Below are positions 17,335 to 26,217 of a stretch of DNA of 51,974 bases, in pieces. How positions within the stretch are numbered: the stretch's first letter is position 1; each line of letters opens with the position of its first letter. Below the pieces are notes generated by a model. It did not search any database, was not told the origin of the DNA, and saw nothing but the letters and a program-made list of their open reading frames with translations. Made by a program: the position numbers and the translations under genes. Location of the stretch: contig CASDZZ010000005.1 of assembly GCA_949285875.1 (NCBI GenBank), positions 1-51,974 of the forward strand. The letters run 5' to 3'. The stretch comes from an uncultured bacterium (GTDB taxonomy: Bacteria; Bacillota_I; Bacilli_A; RF39; UBA660).

Positions 17335-18609
17335 ATGATGGATTTTTTAAATTATGGAGATTCTTCAGAAAAAAAACCTCAAAAATTTAGGATTACTAGA
17401 GGAATGCTTATTCTCGCAATTTTGGCAATCATTTTGTTAGTTATTATTATAATTGTTATTGTTAATGCTTTAGGTAAACAAGAAAAATATACTGATGAAG
17501 ATTGGAAAAAATTAGAAGAAAGAATGGTTGAAGAAGCACCGATCTATATAGAACAGAAAAAGCTAGTATTAACTTCTGAAAAAATAAGAATAGATTTAAA
17601 GGATCTTTTAGAGGAAAATGGAGGCACCATAAATTCATCTAAGGTAAAGGCTGCTAAAATTTGTGAAGGGTATGTATTGGCTTATAAAACTGAAAGTGCT
17701 CAATATGAATCTTATATAAAATGTAAGGATTTGTATGTTACTTCTGGTTATGAGAGTAATAATTTTGTTACTACAAAAAGTAGTACTACAAAAAAAGATG
17801 CCGTAAAACCTGAAATAATACTAAATGGGGAAAGTGAGATAACAATTATACAAGGAGGTTCATATACAGAGCCTGGAGCAAAAGCCACTGATAATGTAGA
17901 TGGTGATATAACTTCTTCAGTAAAAATAACAGGAAAAGTTGATACTAATAAGGTTGGAACTTACAGTATTAAATATACAGTTACTGATAAAGCTGGTAAT
18001 AAAGCTGAAAAAACCAGAAAGGTTATTGTGAAGAAGGCGGATGTAACAACTACTAAGCCTAATCAAAACCAGACTACAAAACCACAAACTACTAGTTCGC
18101 CAACAACTAAACCTTCTATTTCATCTCCTCCTAGAATTTATTTGAATGGTAACAGGACAATTACAATAGAGCAAGGTAATAGTTATAATGAGCCTGGCTA
18201 CTCCGCTAAAGATTATTTAGGAAGGGATATAACAGGGCGTGTTAGGGTATCAGGAAGTGTAAATACAAGGGTTTCAGGAACTTATGTTTTAACTTACTCA
18301 GTTACTGATTATTCCGGTAAAAGTTCCAGCATAACAAGAACAGTCATTGTTAAATCTACTTATATAGCATTAAAAGGTATAAGCCTATCTCCAAACTCTA
18401 TATCACTAGGAGTAGGAGCTTCTAGACAAATTACAGTTTATTATAATCCTTCAAATGCTAGCAATAAAACAATTACGTGGAGTAGTTCAAACCCGTCGGT
18501 AGCTACTGTATCAAACGGACAAGTTTTTGCAAGATCTAGAGGGACAGCTACAATAACTGCTAGAGCAGCTGATGGTAAAACGGCATCTGCAATTGTTAAC
18601 GTAAATTAA
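17335..18609 (+). CDS. Surface protein: TM, pilin-like head, two DUF5011/HYR-type Ig repeats, T/P/K linker, Big_2 Ig domain
   Basis: PEIILNG..EPGAKATDNVDGDIT..VDTNKVGTY..YTVTDKAGN occurring twice; PSNASNKTITWSSSNPSVATV..G..GTATITA. Confidence 0.85.
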   Translation: MMDFLNYGDSSEKKPQKFRITRGMLILAILAIILLVIIIIVIVNALGKQEKYTDEDWKKLEERMVEEAPIYIEQKKLVLTSEKIRIDLKDLLEENGGTINSSKVKAAKICEGYVLAYKTESAQYESYIKCKDLYVTSGYESNNFVTTKSSTTKKDAVKPEIILNGESEITIIQGGSYTEPGAKATDNVDGDITSSVKITGKVDTNKVGTYSIKYTVTDKAGNKAEKTRKVIVKKADVTTTKPNQNQTTKPQTTSSPTTKPSISSPPRIYLNGNRTITIEQGNSYNEPGYSAKDYLGRDITGRVRVSGSVNTRVSGTYVLTYSVTDYSGKSSSITRTVIVKSTYIALKGISLSPNSISLGVGASRQITVYYNPSNASNKTITWSSSNPSVATVSNGQVFARSRGTATITARAADGKTASAIVNVN

Positions 18610-18636
18610 AAAATAGGATTTGTTTCCTATTTTTTT
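18608..18636 (+). terminator. Intrinsic terminator after the Ig-domain gene
   Basis: AAAAAATAGGA-loop-TCCTATTTTTT. Confidence 0.7.
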
Positions 18637-18667
18637 AATTAAATGTTATAATAAAAAGGGAGGGTAT

Positions 18668-19852
18668 ATGAAAAAAACTATAAGAGATTTTGATATAAAT
18701 AATAAAAAAGTAATAATTAGATGTGATTTTAATGTACCTATTAAAAATGGTATTATTTTAGATGATAATAGAATAAAGGAAAGTTTAAAAACGATTAAAT
18801 ATGCTCTTGAAAAAAGAGCTAAAGTTATATTACTTTCTCATTTGGGGCGAGTAAAAAGTGAAGAAGATAAGAAAAAAAATACTTTGTTACCAGTTTGTAA
18901 AAGGCTTTCTGAACTTTTAGATAAAAAAGTTTTATTTTCTAAAGATACGCGTGGAGTAGTTTTAGAAGAGATGATTAAAAATATGAAACCTTCAGATGCT
19001 ATTTTAATTGAAAATACAAGGTATGAAGATTTCCCAAATAAGTATGAAAGTTCAAATGATGATAAATTAGCTAATTATTGGGCGTCATTGGCTGACGTAT
19101 TTATAAATGATGCTTTTGGTACTATTCATAGATCACATGCATCAAACGTTGGTATTGCTAGTTATTTACCTTCTGGTATAGGATTTTTGGTAGAAAAAGA
19201 AATAAATAAACTTAATTTGATTTTGGATTCAAAGGAAAGACCATTTGTTGTTATAATGGGAGGAGCTAAAATTAATGATAAAATCCCAGTTATAGATAAT
19301 CTTATTAACAAGGCAGATTATATTTTGATGGGGGGTGGAATTGCAAATACTTTTCTAAAAGCAAAAGGATTAGATATCGGATTATCTCTATATGATGAAG
19401 AAAGTATTTCTTATTGTAAAAAAGTATTAAGTTGTTATGAAAAGAAAATTATTTTACCAGTTGATGCCTTATTGGGAAAAAAGACAGATGTTTCAGAAAA
19501 AGCAGTATATTATGATTTTTCTACAAAAATTGGAGATTATAAAATTTTTGATATAGGGTTAAATACGGTACAAGCTTACGCACAAATTTTAAAAAAAGCT
19601 AAAATAGTATTTTGGAATGGGCCTTTAGGAGTTACAGAATTAGAAAATTTTTCTAATTCAACTAAAAACATATGCCAAATTTTAAAAGAAAGCAAGGCAA
19701 AAGTAATTGTTGGTGGTGGAGATTCTGCTTCAGCAGTGATAAAATTAGGATTTAAAGATAGTTTCTATCATATTTCTACTGGTGGAGGAGCCTCTTTAGA
19801 ATTTCTAGAAGGTAAAGAGTTGCCAGGACTTAAAGTTATAAATAATAGGTAA
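18668..19852 (+). CDS. pgk: Phosphoglycerate kinase (start at the ATG after SD GGGAGGG)
   Basis: RCDFNVP, SHLGR, NDAFGTIHRSHAS, GGAK, WNGPLG, GGGDS, HISTGGGASLEFLEGKELPG. Confidence 0.98.
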   Translation: MKKTIRDFDINNKKVIIRCDFNVPIKNGIILDDNRIKESLKTIKYALEKRAKVILLSHLGRVKSEEDKKKNTLLPVCKRLSELLDKKVLFSKDTRGVVLEEMIKNMKPSDAILIENTRYEDFPNKYESSNDDKLANYWASLADVFINDAFGTIHRSHASNVGIASYLPSGIGFLVEKEINKLNLILDSKERPFVVIMGGAKINDKIPVIDNLINKADYILMGGGIANTFLKAKGLDIGLSLYDEESISYCKKVLSCYEKKIILPVDALLGKKTDVSEKAVYYDFSTKIGDYKIFDIGLNTVQAYAQILKKAKIVFWNGPLGVTELENFSNSTKNICQILKESKAKVIVGGGDSASAVIKLGFKDSFYHISTGGGASLEFLEGKELPGLKVINNR

Positions 19853-19858
19853 ATTAAT

Positions 19859-20863
19859 ATGAAAAATAAAAAAATAAATATAATTATTCTCTTTATAGCT
19901 CTGTTTTTGGTTTTGTATTTAACTGTTAAAGATGATTTTATAGAAATATTTAAAACAATATTAAATATTAATTTATATATGTTTATAGTAATTTTAATTA
20001 TTTTTATTTTATCTTTGTTCTTTAAATCAATAAGTTTAAATATATTTATTAATGATTATGATGAAAAGTATTCTGTAAAAAAAAGTTTTTCTTTAACTTT
20101 AATAGGACAATTTTTAAACGGGGTAACTCCTTTTCAGTCTGGAGGACAACCTTTCCAAATCTATTTGCTAAAAAAAGATGGCATTAGAATATCTTCTTCT
20201 GCTAATATAATGATAAAAGATTTTTTAGCTTATCAAACAGCATTAATAATTATGGGGGTATTAGCTTTAATTTTAAATAATTTGATTGGTTTTTATTCGT
20301 TTAGCGATTACTTAAATGTTTTAGTTTTTGCTGGTTTTTTTATAAATGTTGTTGTATATATTGTAATGTTACTAATAATTTGTTCAAAAAAATCAGGGAT
20401 TAGAATTTTAAATAAATTGTTAAATCATATTTTTAAATTTAAATTATTACGAAAAAAACAAAACTATAAGGAAAAAATAAAAAGTAGTATTAATAGTTTT
20501 TATGAAAATGGAAAGAATGTAACGGAAAATAAATTTAAAATGTGTAAAGCTATATTTTTTAATCTGGTGCATTTAACTCTTTTATATATTATACCTTCTT
20601 TGGTTTTCCTTGCTTTAGGTAATAATAATGTTAATTTTATTAATTCTATTATTTCGACAGCTTTTGTTATGTTAATTAGTAATTTTATTCCTGTACCAGG
20701 AGCAACGGGAGGTATAGAATATAGTTTTATTAAATTCTTTGGTATAGTTGTTATAAATCCAACACTTTCAAGTGGTATGTTAATTTGGAGGTTTATAACA
20801 TATATTTTTGGTATGATGTTAGGTTTTGTACTTCTATTGTTTAAAAAAGAGGTGAGAAGATGA
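19859..20863 (+). CDS. Lysylphosphatidylglycerol synthase TM-region (UPF0104 flippase-like) protein
   Basis: NGVTPFQSGGQP, PVPGATGGIE, IWRFITY. Confidence 0.88.
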   Translation: MKNKKINIIILFIALFLVLYLTVKDDFIEIFKTILNINLYMFIVILIIFILSLFFKSISLNIFINDYDEKYSVKKSFSLTLIGQFLNGVTPFQSGGQPFQIYLLKKDGIRISSSANIMIKDFLAYQTALIIMGVLALILNNLIGFYSFSDYLNVLVFAGFFINVVVYIVMLLIICSKKSGIRILNKLLNHIFKFKLLRKKQNYKEKIKSSINSFYENGKNVTENKFKMCKAIFFNLVHLTLLYIIPSLVFLALGNNNVNFINSIISTAFVMLISNFIPVPGATGGIEYSFIKFFGIVVINPTLSSGMLIWRFITYIFGMMLGFVLLLFKKEVRR

Positions 20864-22086
20864 GAATAGGATTATTTACTGATACTTATCCACCATTTAT
20901 AAATGGTGTATCAACTAGTGTTTTAATGTTGAAGCAAGGTCTTGAAAGTTTAGGGAATGAAGTATATGTTGTTACCGTTAATAGCGAATCATTTTCCTAT
21001 AAAGAAGAGGAAAATATTCTTAGAATACCTGGAATACCGGTTGGTATTTTTGATTATAGGTTGACGGGTTTATATCCTATTAAAGCAAGAAATATAATAA
21101 AAAATTGGAATTTAGATGTAATTCATACCCATACAGAGTTTGGGGTAGGAACTTTTGCTAGATTAATATCAAAGCAATATAATATTCCCCTTGTGCATAC
21201 TTACCATACTATGTATGAAGAATATGTTTATTATATTACAAAAGGATATTTTGATGGTGCATCAAAAAAATTAGTTGAATACTTAACGCTATTTTTATGT
21301 GATAAAACAGTAGAGGAACTAATTGTTCCAACAAAGAAAACTTACGATTTATTTAAAGAAAAATATAAGGTTAAAAGAGATGTTCATATAATTCCGACAG
21401 GTATAGATGTAACAAGGTTCTATAAAGAAAAAGTAGATAAAATGGATGTAATAAAGGCAAAAAAAGATTTGGGTTTATCAAAAGATGATTTTGTTATACT
21501 ATATTTGGGACGTATAGCTAAAGAAAAAAGCATTGATTTTTTGATAAAAAATTTAAAAGATATAATAAAGAAAATACCTAAGGCAAAATTAATTATTGTT
21601 GGTGATGGTCCTGATATGAAAGATTTGATGGAGTTAACTAATGAAAACAGGTTAAACAAGCACGTTATTTTTGTGGGTAAAGTGCCTTGGGAAGAAGTTC
21701 CTATTTATTATCAGTTGTCAGATGTATTTGTCACTGCATCTAAAACTGAGACCCAAGGGTTAACTGTTATTGAAGCAATGGCAGCTTCTAAACCAGTTGT
21801 AGCAATTAAAGATGAAAGTTTTGAACTTGTAATAACTGATAAACAAGATGGACTATTTTTTACAGATGATATTGAGTATAAGGATCTAATTTATAAATTA
21901 TATAATGATCATAAATATAGAAGGCTTATTTCAAAACAAGCTAGAATAACCGCTAATAATTATAGTGCAGAAGTATACGCTAAGAGGGTTTTAGAAATTT
22001 ATAAAATGGTTTTGAAAAAGGATACAAATATATTTAAAAAAGTAATTCATAATGTGCAAAGTGCATTTGGTAAAAAAGGGGAATAG
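20860..22086 (+). CDS. GT4 glycosyltransferase, monoglucosyl-diacylglycerol synthase-like
   Basis: MRIGLFTDTYPPFINGVSTS, HTHTEF, HTYHTMYE, GRIAKEK, SKTETQGLTVIEAMA. Confidence 0.9.
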   Translation: MRIGLFTDTYPPFINGVSTSVLMLKQGLESLGNEVYVVTVNSESFSYKEEENILRIPGIPVGIFDYRLTGLYPIKARNIIKNWNLDVIHTHTEFGVGTFARLISKQYNIPLVHTYHTMYEEYVYYITKGYFDGASKKLVEYLTLFLCDKTVEELIVPTKKTYDLFKEKYKVKRDVHIIPTGIDVTRFYKEKVDKMDVIKAKKDLGLSKDDFVILYLGRIAKEKSIDFLIKNLKDIIKKIPKAKLIIVGDGPDMKDLMELTNENRLNKHVIFVGKVPWEEVPIYYQLSDVFVTASKTETQGLTVIEAMAASKPVVAIKDESFELVITDKQDGLFFTDDIEYKDLIYKLYNDHKYRRLISKQARITANNYSAEVYAKRVLEIYKMVLKKDTNIFKKVIHNVQSAFGKKGE

Positions 22087-22088
22087 AT

Positions 22089-22796
22089 ATGGGAAGTTTG
22101 TTGGTTTGTAATCATAAAATGTTTTTAACTAAAGATGAAGCTATAAATTTACGAAATCAGTTTAAAGATATAGATGTTACAGGTATAAAACTTATAGTTT
22201 GCCCAAGTTATTTAAATTTATCTGTTTTTAAGGATTTTAACTTAGGAGCTCAGGATGCTTATTATGAAGATAAGGGCCCTTATACAGCGGAGATATCTGC
22301 ATACCAACTTAGTCTAGAAGGTGTTAGATATTGTTTGGTTGGTCATTCTGATAGGAAAAATATAGATACTGAAAAAGTTATTAATCTAAAAATAAAAGCG
22401 ATGTTAAGAAATTCAATTACTCCTATTTATTGCATTGGAGAAACAAAATATGAAAAAGTGCTTATGAAGACCAGTGAAGTTTTAAAAAAACAGATTTTAT
22501 CAGGACTTAAGGATATAAATTTAGGAAAAGAAGAAGAAATTATAATAGCCTATGAACCTATTTGGGCGGTTGGTACTGGAAAAAACATAGATAAAAAAGA
22601 ACTTGAAGATACGGTTTTATTTATAAGAAAAATATTAAAGTCAATAAATATTCAGAATTTTAAAATTTTATATGGTGGTAGTGTTAACTCAAAAACTATT
22701 AAAGAAATTTCTGATGTTCAATTAGATGGTTACTTGGTAGGATCTAATTCGGTTTTGTTTGATGAATTAAAAGAGATTATAAAATGTATAAAATAA
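22089..22796 (+). CDS. tpiA: Triosephosphate isomerase (divergent)
   Basis: NHKM, GHSDR, CIGET, AYEPIWAVGTG, YGGSV. Confidence 0.88.
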   Translation: MGSLLVCNHKMFLTKDEAINLRNQFKDIDVTGIKLIVCPSYLNLSVFKDFNLGAQDAYYEDKGPYTAEISAYQLSLEGVRYCLVGHSDRKNIDTEKVINLKIKAMLRNSITPIYCIGETKYEKVLMKTSEVLKKQILSGLKDINLGKEEEIIIAYEPIWAVGTGKNIDKKELEDTVLFIRKILKSINIQNFKILYGGSVNSKTIKEISDVQLDGYLVGSNSVLFDELKEIIKCIK

Positions 22797-22812
22797 TGTA
22801 AACTAACTAAAA

Positions 22813-22846
22813 TTCAACATAAAATTTATTTTTAAATTTATATAAT
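22813..22846 (+). promoter_or_regulatory. Candidate Spo0A-activated sigmaA promoter of the 112-aa ORF
   Basis: TTCAACA (0A box, 1 mismatch)-21 nt-TATAAT. Confidence 0.35.
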
Positions 22847-22879
22847 TGTGTTAAGCTTATTATGTAAGGAGGAAATTTT

Positions 22880-23218
22880 ATGGAGGAAGCAAGGAAGTTT
22901 TATCCAATTAACGAAAAATCAGCATTTAGAAAGAAAATGCTTGATGCTTTAAATGATATAAGATTTTCTCTTTGTGCTTGGAAGGTTGTGAGTGGTCCTT
23001 TTATTCCAAGAACAGAATTTAAAGATATAATTATTAAGACAACTAATAAGTACGAAGCTGTTAAAGCTGCCATAGATGAAATTTTTGAATCTTATTTTCC
23101 GGTTAAGAATTCTAATTCTTTAGATGAAGGCCAAAATGAAAATAAGGGTAATCTTGGCAGAGCTAAAGTTTTGACAAGTGGTCATTTTAATTCTAGTAAT
23201 AACGGTGATGCGGCTTAA
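22880..23218 (+). CDS. Hypothetical protein, 112 aa
   Basis: Strong SD AAGGAGGA and its own downstream terminator. Confidence 0.75.
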   Translation: MEEARKFYPINEKSAFRKKMLDALNDIRFSLCAWKVVSGPFIPRTEFKDIIIKTTNKYEAVKAAIDEIFESYFPVKNSNSLDEGQNENKGNLGRAKVLTSGHFNSSNNGDAA

Positions 23219-23237
23219 CTATTAAAATTTAAAGACT

Positions 23238-23267
23238 AAAGAGGATGTATTTTTACATTCTTTTTTT
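23238..23267 (+). terminator. Intrinsic terminator upstream of the spo0A promoter
   Basis: AAAGAGGATGTA-TTTT-TACATTCTTT plus poly-T. Confidence 0.75.
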
Positions 23268-23268
23268 A

Positions 23269-23312
23269 TTCGACACAATTTGATAATTTATTTGAAAAAA
23301 AGGTAATATAAT
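23269..23312 (+). promoter_or_regulatory. spo0A promoter with tandem 0A boxes
   Basis: Perfect TTCGACA (23269-75), then TTTGATA (23279-85), 21 nt, TATAAT (23307-12). Confidence 0.65.
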
Positions 23313-23337
23313 TGAGTTAATTTGAGGAGGAATAGAC

Positions 23338-24126
23338 ATGAAAGAACAAAAAGAAATAAGATTATTTGTAGTAGATGATAATGAAAGCTTAATTGGAATG
23401 TTAAAGGATTATTTTGAGGATCACCAAAAGATAAAAATAGTTAAAGAAGCTCACAATGGAGAAGATGCTATAAAAATAATGGAAAAGGATTCAAACTTTT
23501 TTGATGTTTTGTTGCTTGATTTGATAATGCCTAAAAAAGATGGGATTTATGTTCTTGAGCAAATGAAATCTAAAAAGATTGAAAAACCCGTAGTAATTGG
23601 AACATCTTTTAATGCTGATGAAACTATACAGAGGGTTTCTGGATATAATCCTAAGCATTTTATTTTAAAACCTTTTGATATGGTTGATTTAGAAAATAAG
23701 TTATTAGATGCAGTTAACTATGTATCAAATAGTGGATCTAAAATTAATTTGTATCATAATAATTTAGAAATATCTGTGACTAAATTATTACATGGGTTAG
23801 GAGTACCATCTCATATAAAAGGTTATCAGTATATAAGAGAAGGTGTTATGCTAATGTATGAAAATCCAGATATAGTTGGTGCGATTACCAAAGAATTATA
23901 TCCGGAAATAGCAAATAGGTATGATACTACTGTCTCTAGGGTAGAAAGAGCGATAAGACATGCCATAGAAGTTAGCTGGAATAGAGGAGATATTGACCTT
24001 ATGGAAGAAATATTTGGACATAGCGTCGATTATGATAGAGCAAAACCTACAAACAGCGAATTTATTGTGACGGTGTCAGATAAACTTAGACTAGAATTTA
24101 ATAATAATAAGCAAAAAAGCCACTAA
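23338..24126 (+). CDS. spo0A: Sporulation master regulator Spo0A
   Basis: Receiver DDN, LDLIMP..DG, KPF; C-terminal GVPSHIKGYQYIRE, ITKELYP, SRVERAIRHAIEVSW, KPTNSEFI. Confidence 0.98.
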   Translation: MKEQKEIRLFVVDDNESLIGMLKDYFEDHQKIKIVKEAHNGEDAIKIMEKDSNFFDVLLLDLIMPKKDGIYVLEQMKSKKIEKPVVIGTSFNADETIQRVSGYNPKHFILKPFDMVDLENKLLDAVNYVSNSGSKINLYHNNLEISVTKLLHGLGVPSHIKGYQYIREGVMLMYENPDIVGAITKELYPEIANRYDTTVSRVERAIRHAIEVSWNRGDIDLMEEIFGHSVDYDRAKPTNSEFIVTVSDKLRLEFNNNKQKSH

Positions 24127-24138
24127 GTGGTTTTTTTT
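24113..24138 (+). terminator. Intrinsic terminator at the spo0A stop
   Basis: AAAAAAGCCAC-TAA-GTGGTTTTTTTT. Confidence 0.75.
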
Positions 24139-24189
24139 AATAAAATTTTAATAATTGAGTGATATAATAAATATATAGGAGGGAAAAAT

Positions 24190-24861
24190 ATGGTTCAATA
24201 TAGTGATAATAAGATGTCAAAGTTTTTTTCTACAGTATACTTATGGATGTTTATTGGTCTATTAGTATCTGGATGGGTAGCATATTATACATCGGTAAAT
24301 ATGTCAATGCTTAGGTTTGTTGCTAACAATTATTTTTTAATAATAATTTTAGAATTAGTTGTGGTCATAGCCTTTACTTCTCTTAGGAAGAAGGTTTCTC
24401 CTGGAGTTGCAAAAATATTATTTATAGTTTATTCTGCGGTAAGCGGTTTAACACTATCTTCAATATTTTTAGCATTTGAACTTAAAAGCATAATAATGGT
24501 ATTTGCCTCAGCAGCATTAATGTTTGCACTTATGTCTTTATATGGATATACAACAAAACAAAATTTATCATCTTTTGGAAAAATGTTAATATTTGCATTA
24601 CTTGCAATAATTATAATGTCATTTATAAATATGTTTGTAATGAACTCTACTTTTGGAGTTATTATTTCTGTGGTTTCTATAGTTGTATTTTTAGGACTTA
24701 CGGCATGGGATATGCAAATGTTAAAAGCTATGTATAGTTATTATGAAAATGATCCAGAGGAACTTAATAAAGTAGCTATTTATGGTGCTTTAGATTTATA
24801 TTTAGATTTTATTAACATCTTCTTACACTTATTACAATTGTTTGGGGATAGTAAGGATTAA
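24190..24861 (+). CDS. Bax inhibitor-1/YccA family membrane protein
   Basis: VYLWMFIGL, YGYTTK, LTAWDMQ, GALDLYLDFINIF. Confidence 0.93.
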   Translation: MVQYSDNKMSKFFSTVYLWMFIGLLVSGWVAYYTSVNMSMLRFVANNYFLIIILELVVVIAFTSLRKKVSPGVAKILFIVYSAVSGLTLSSIFLAFELKSIIMVFASAALMFALMSLYGYTTKQNLSSFGKMLIFALLAIIIMSFINMFVMNSTFGVIISVVSIVVFLGLTAWDMQMLKAMYSYYENDPEELNKVAIYGALDLYLDFINIFLHLLQLFGDSKD

Positions 24862-24886
24862 ACATCACGTGTAGTGATGTTTTTTT
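24860..24886 (+). terminator. Intrinsic terminator after the yccA-like gene
   Basis: AAACATCAC-GTGTA-GTGATGTTT plus poly-T. Confidence 0.85.
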
Positions 24887-24944
24887 AAAAAATATATTAA
24901 TAAAAAATTGCCAATAAAAAAGTTAAAAAAATCGTCAAAATCCC

Positions 24945-24973
24945 TTGAAATAAAGGAATTCTTCTGATATAAT
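24945..24973 (+). promoter_or_regulatory. sigmaA promoter of the S10 cluster
   Basis: TTGAAA-17 nt-TATAAT with TG extension and an A-rich UP region. Confidence 0.8.
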
Positions 24974-24979
24974 GGTTAC

Positions 24980-25100
24980 TACGTGTAGATGCATGGATGT
25001 GCGAGGTTGCTGATACACCCGGTTAAGTTGTTTTTGACTATAACGGAAATCAGGTAATTCGTTACGGAGCTAGTCTATACCAGATATAGGCGAAGGGAGG
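24980..25100 (+). ncRNA. Structured S10 (rpsJ) leader RNA of Bacilli type
   Basis: GATGTG.GAGGTTGCTGA.ACACCCGG...TCAGG...ACGGAG...GTCTA...TAGGCGAA..GGAGG resembles the B. subtilis rpsJ leader as I recall it. Confidence 0.7.
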
Positions 25101-25109
25101 AAAAAGAGT

Positions 25110-25412
25110 ATGTCAAATAAAATTCGAATTAAATTAAAGGCTTATGAACATCGCTCTTTGGATTTGGCTGCTTCTAAAATAGTAGAAACAGTTAAACGTA
25201 CAGGTGGAAAGGTTTCAGGCCCAGTGCCACTTCCAACTGAAATCCAAAAATATACAATTTTAAGAGCTGTTCATAAATATAAAGATTCACGTGAACAATT
25301 CGAAATGCGTACCCACAAAAGATTAATTGATATCGCATCACCAAGTAAAGAGACTATTGATGCTTTACAACATCTTGATTTACCAAGTGGTGTTGAAATT
25401 GAAATTAAATAA
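25110..25412 (+). CDS. rpsJ: 30S ribosomal protein uS10
   Basis: [31 protein letters not shown]. Confidence 0.99.
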   Translation: MSNKIRIKLKAYEHRSLDLAASKIVETVKRTGGKVSGPVPLPTEIQKYTILRAVHKYKDSREQFEMRTHKRLIDIASPSKETIDALQHLDLPSGVEIEIK

Positions 25413-25427
25413 TCATAGGAGGAAAAA

Positions 25428-26165
25428 ATGGAAAGAAAAGGAATCTTAGGTCGTAAGCTAGGGATGACTCAAGTTTTTGCTAAGAATGGTAAATTGATTC
25501 CTGTTACCGTAGTTGAAGTTGAACCTAATGTTGTAACTCAAATTAAAACTATGGAAAATGATGGATATGAAGCTATTCAATTAGGCTTTGATACTAAAAG
25601 AGAAAAGTTAAGTAATAAAGCAGAACAAGGTCATTTAGCTAAAGCTAATGCTGCTCCTAAGCGCTTCTTAAAAGAGATTCGCGGAGTAGATATTAGTAAG
25701 TATCAACTAGGTCAAGAACTTAGCGTTGAAGTTTTTGAAGAAGGAGAAATGGTAGATGTTACCGGAATCTCTAAAGGAAAAGGTTTTCAAGGCGTTATTA
25801 AACGTTATAACCAATCTAGAGGACCTATGGGACATGGTTCTCAATATCACAGGGGTGTTGGTTCATTAGGAACTTTAAGACCAATGCGTGTATTTAAAGG
25901 TAAAAAATTACCAGGACATATGGGAAATATAACTGTAACTATGCAGAATTTAGAAGTTGTTGCTGTTATCCCAGAAGAAAATGTAATTTTAATAAAGGGT
26001 AATGTACCTGGTCCTAAAAAGTCTTTAGTTATCATTAAGTCAGCTGTTAAAAAGCCAAATTTGAAAAAAGAAAAGGTTGAATTAGTTTCATACGAAACTG
26101 CAGAACCTGAGGCTGAAAAGCAAGCTACTGAGGTAAACGAAGCATCACAAGAAACAGTAGAATAA
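25428..26165 (+). CDS. rplC: 50S ribosomal protein uL3 with acidic C-terminal extension
   Basis: [25 protein letters not shown]. Confidence 0.99.
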   Translation: MERKGILGRKLGMTQVFAKNGKLIPVTVVEVEPNVVTQIKTMENDGYEAIQLGFDTKREKLSNKAEQGHLAKANAAPKRFLKEIRGVDISKYQLGQELSVEVFEEGEMVDVTGISKGKGFQGVIKRYNQSRGPMGHGSQYHRGVGSLGTLRPMRVFKGKKLPGHMGNITVTMQNLEVVAVIPEENVILIKGNVPGPKKSLVIIKSAVKKPNLKKEKVELVSYETAEPEAEKQATEVNEASQETVE

Positions 26166-26217
26166 TTGGTTGTTTTAACTGATAAAAAATAAACTTGTGA
26201 TGAAAGGAGGAACTGAA

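Noticed and set aside
18040-18130. ACTACAAAACC-like short repeats
   Set aside because: Low-complexity T/K/P linker inside a CDS; no spacers or fixed periodicity, so not CRISPR or a VNTR
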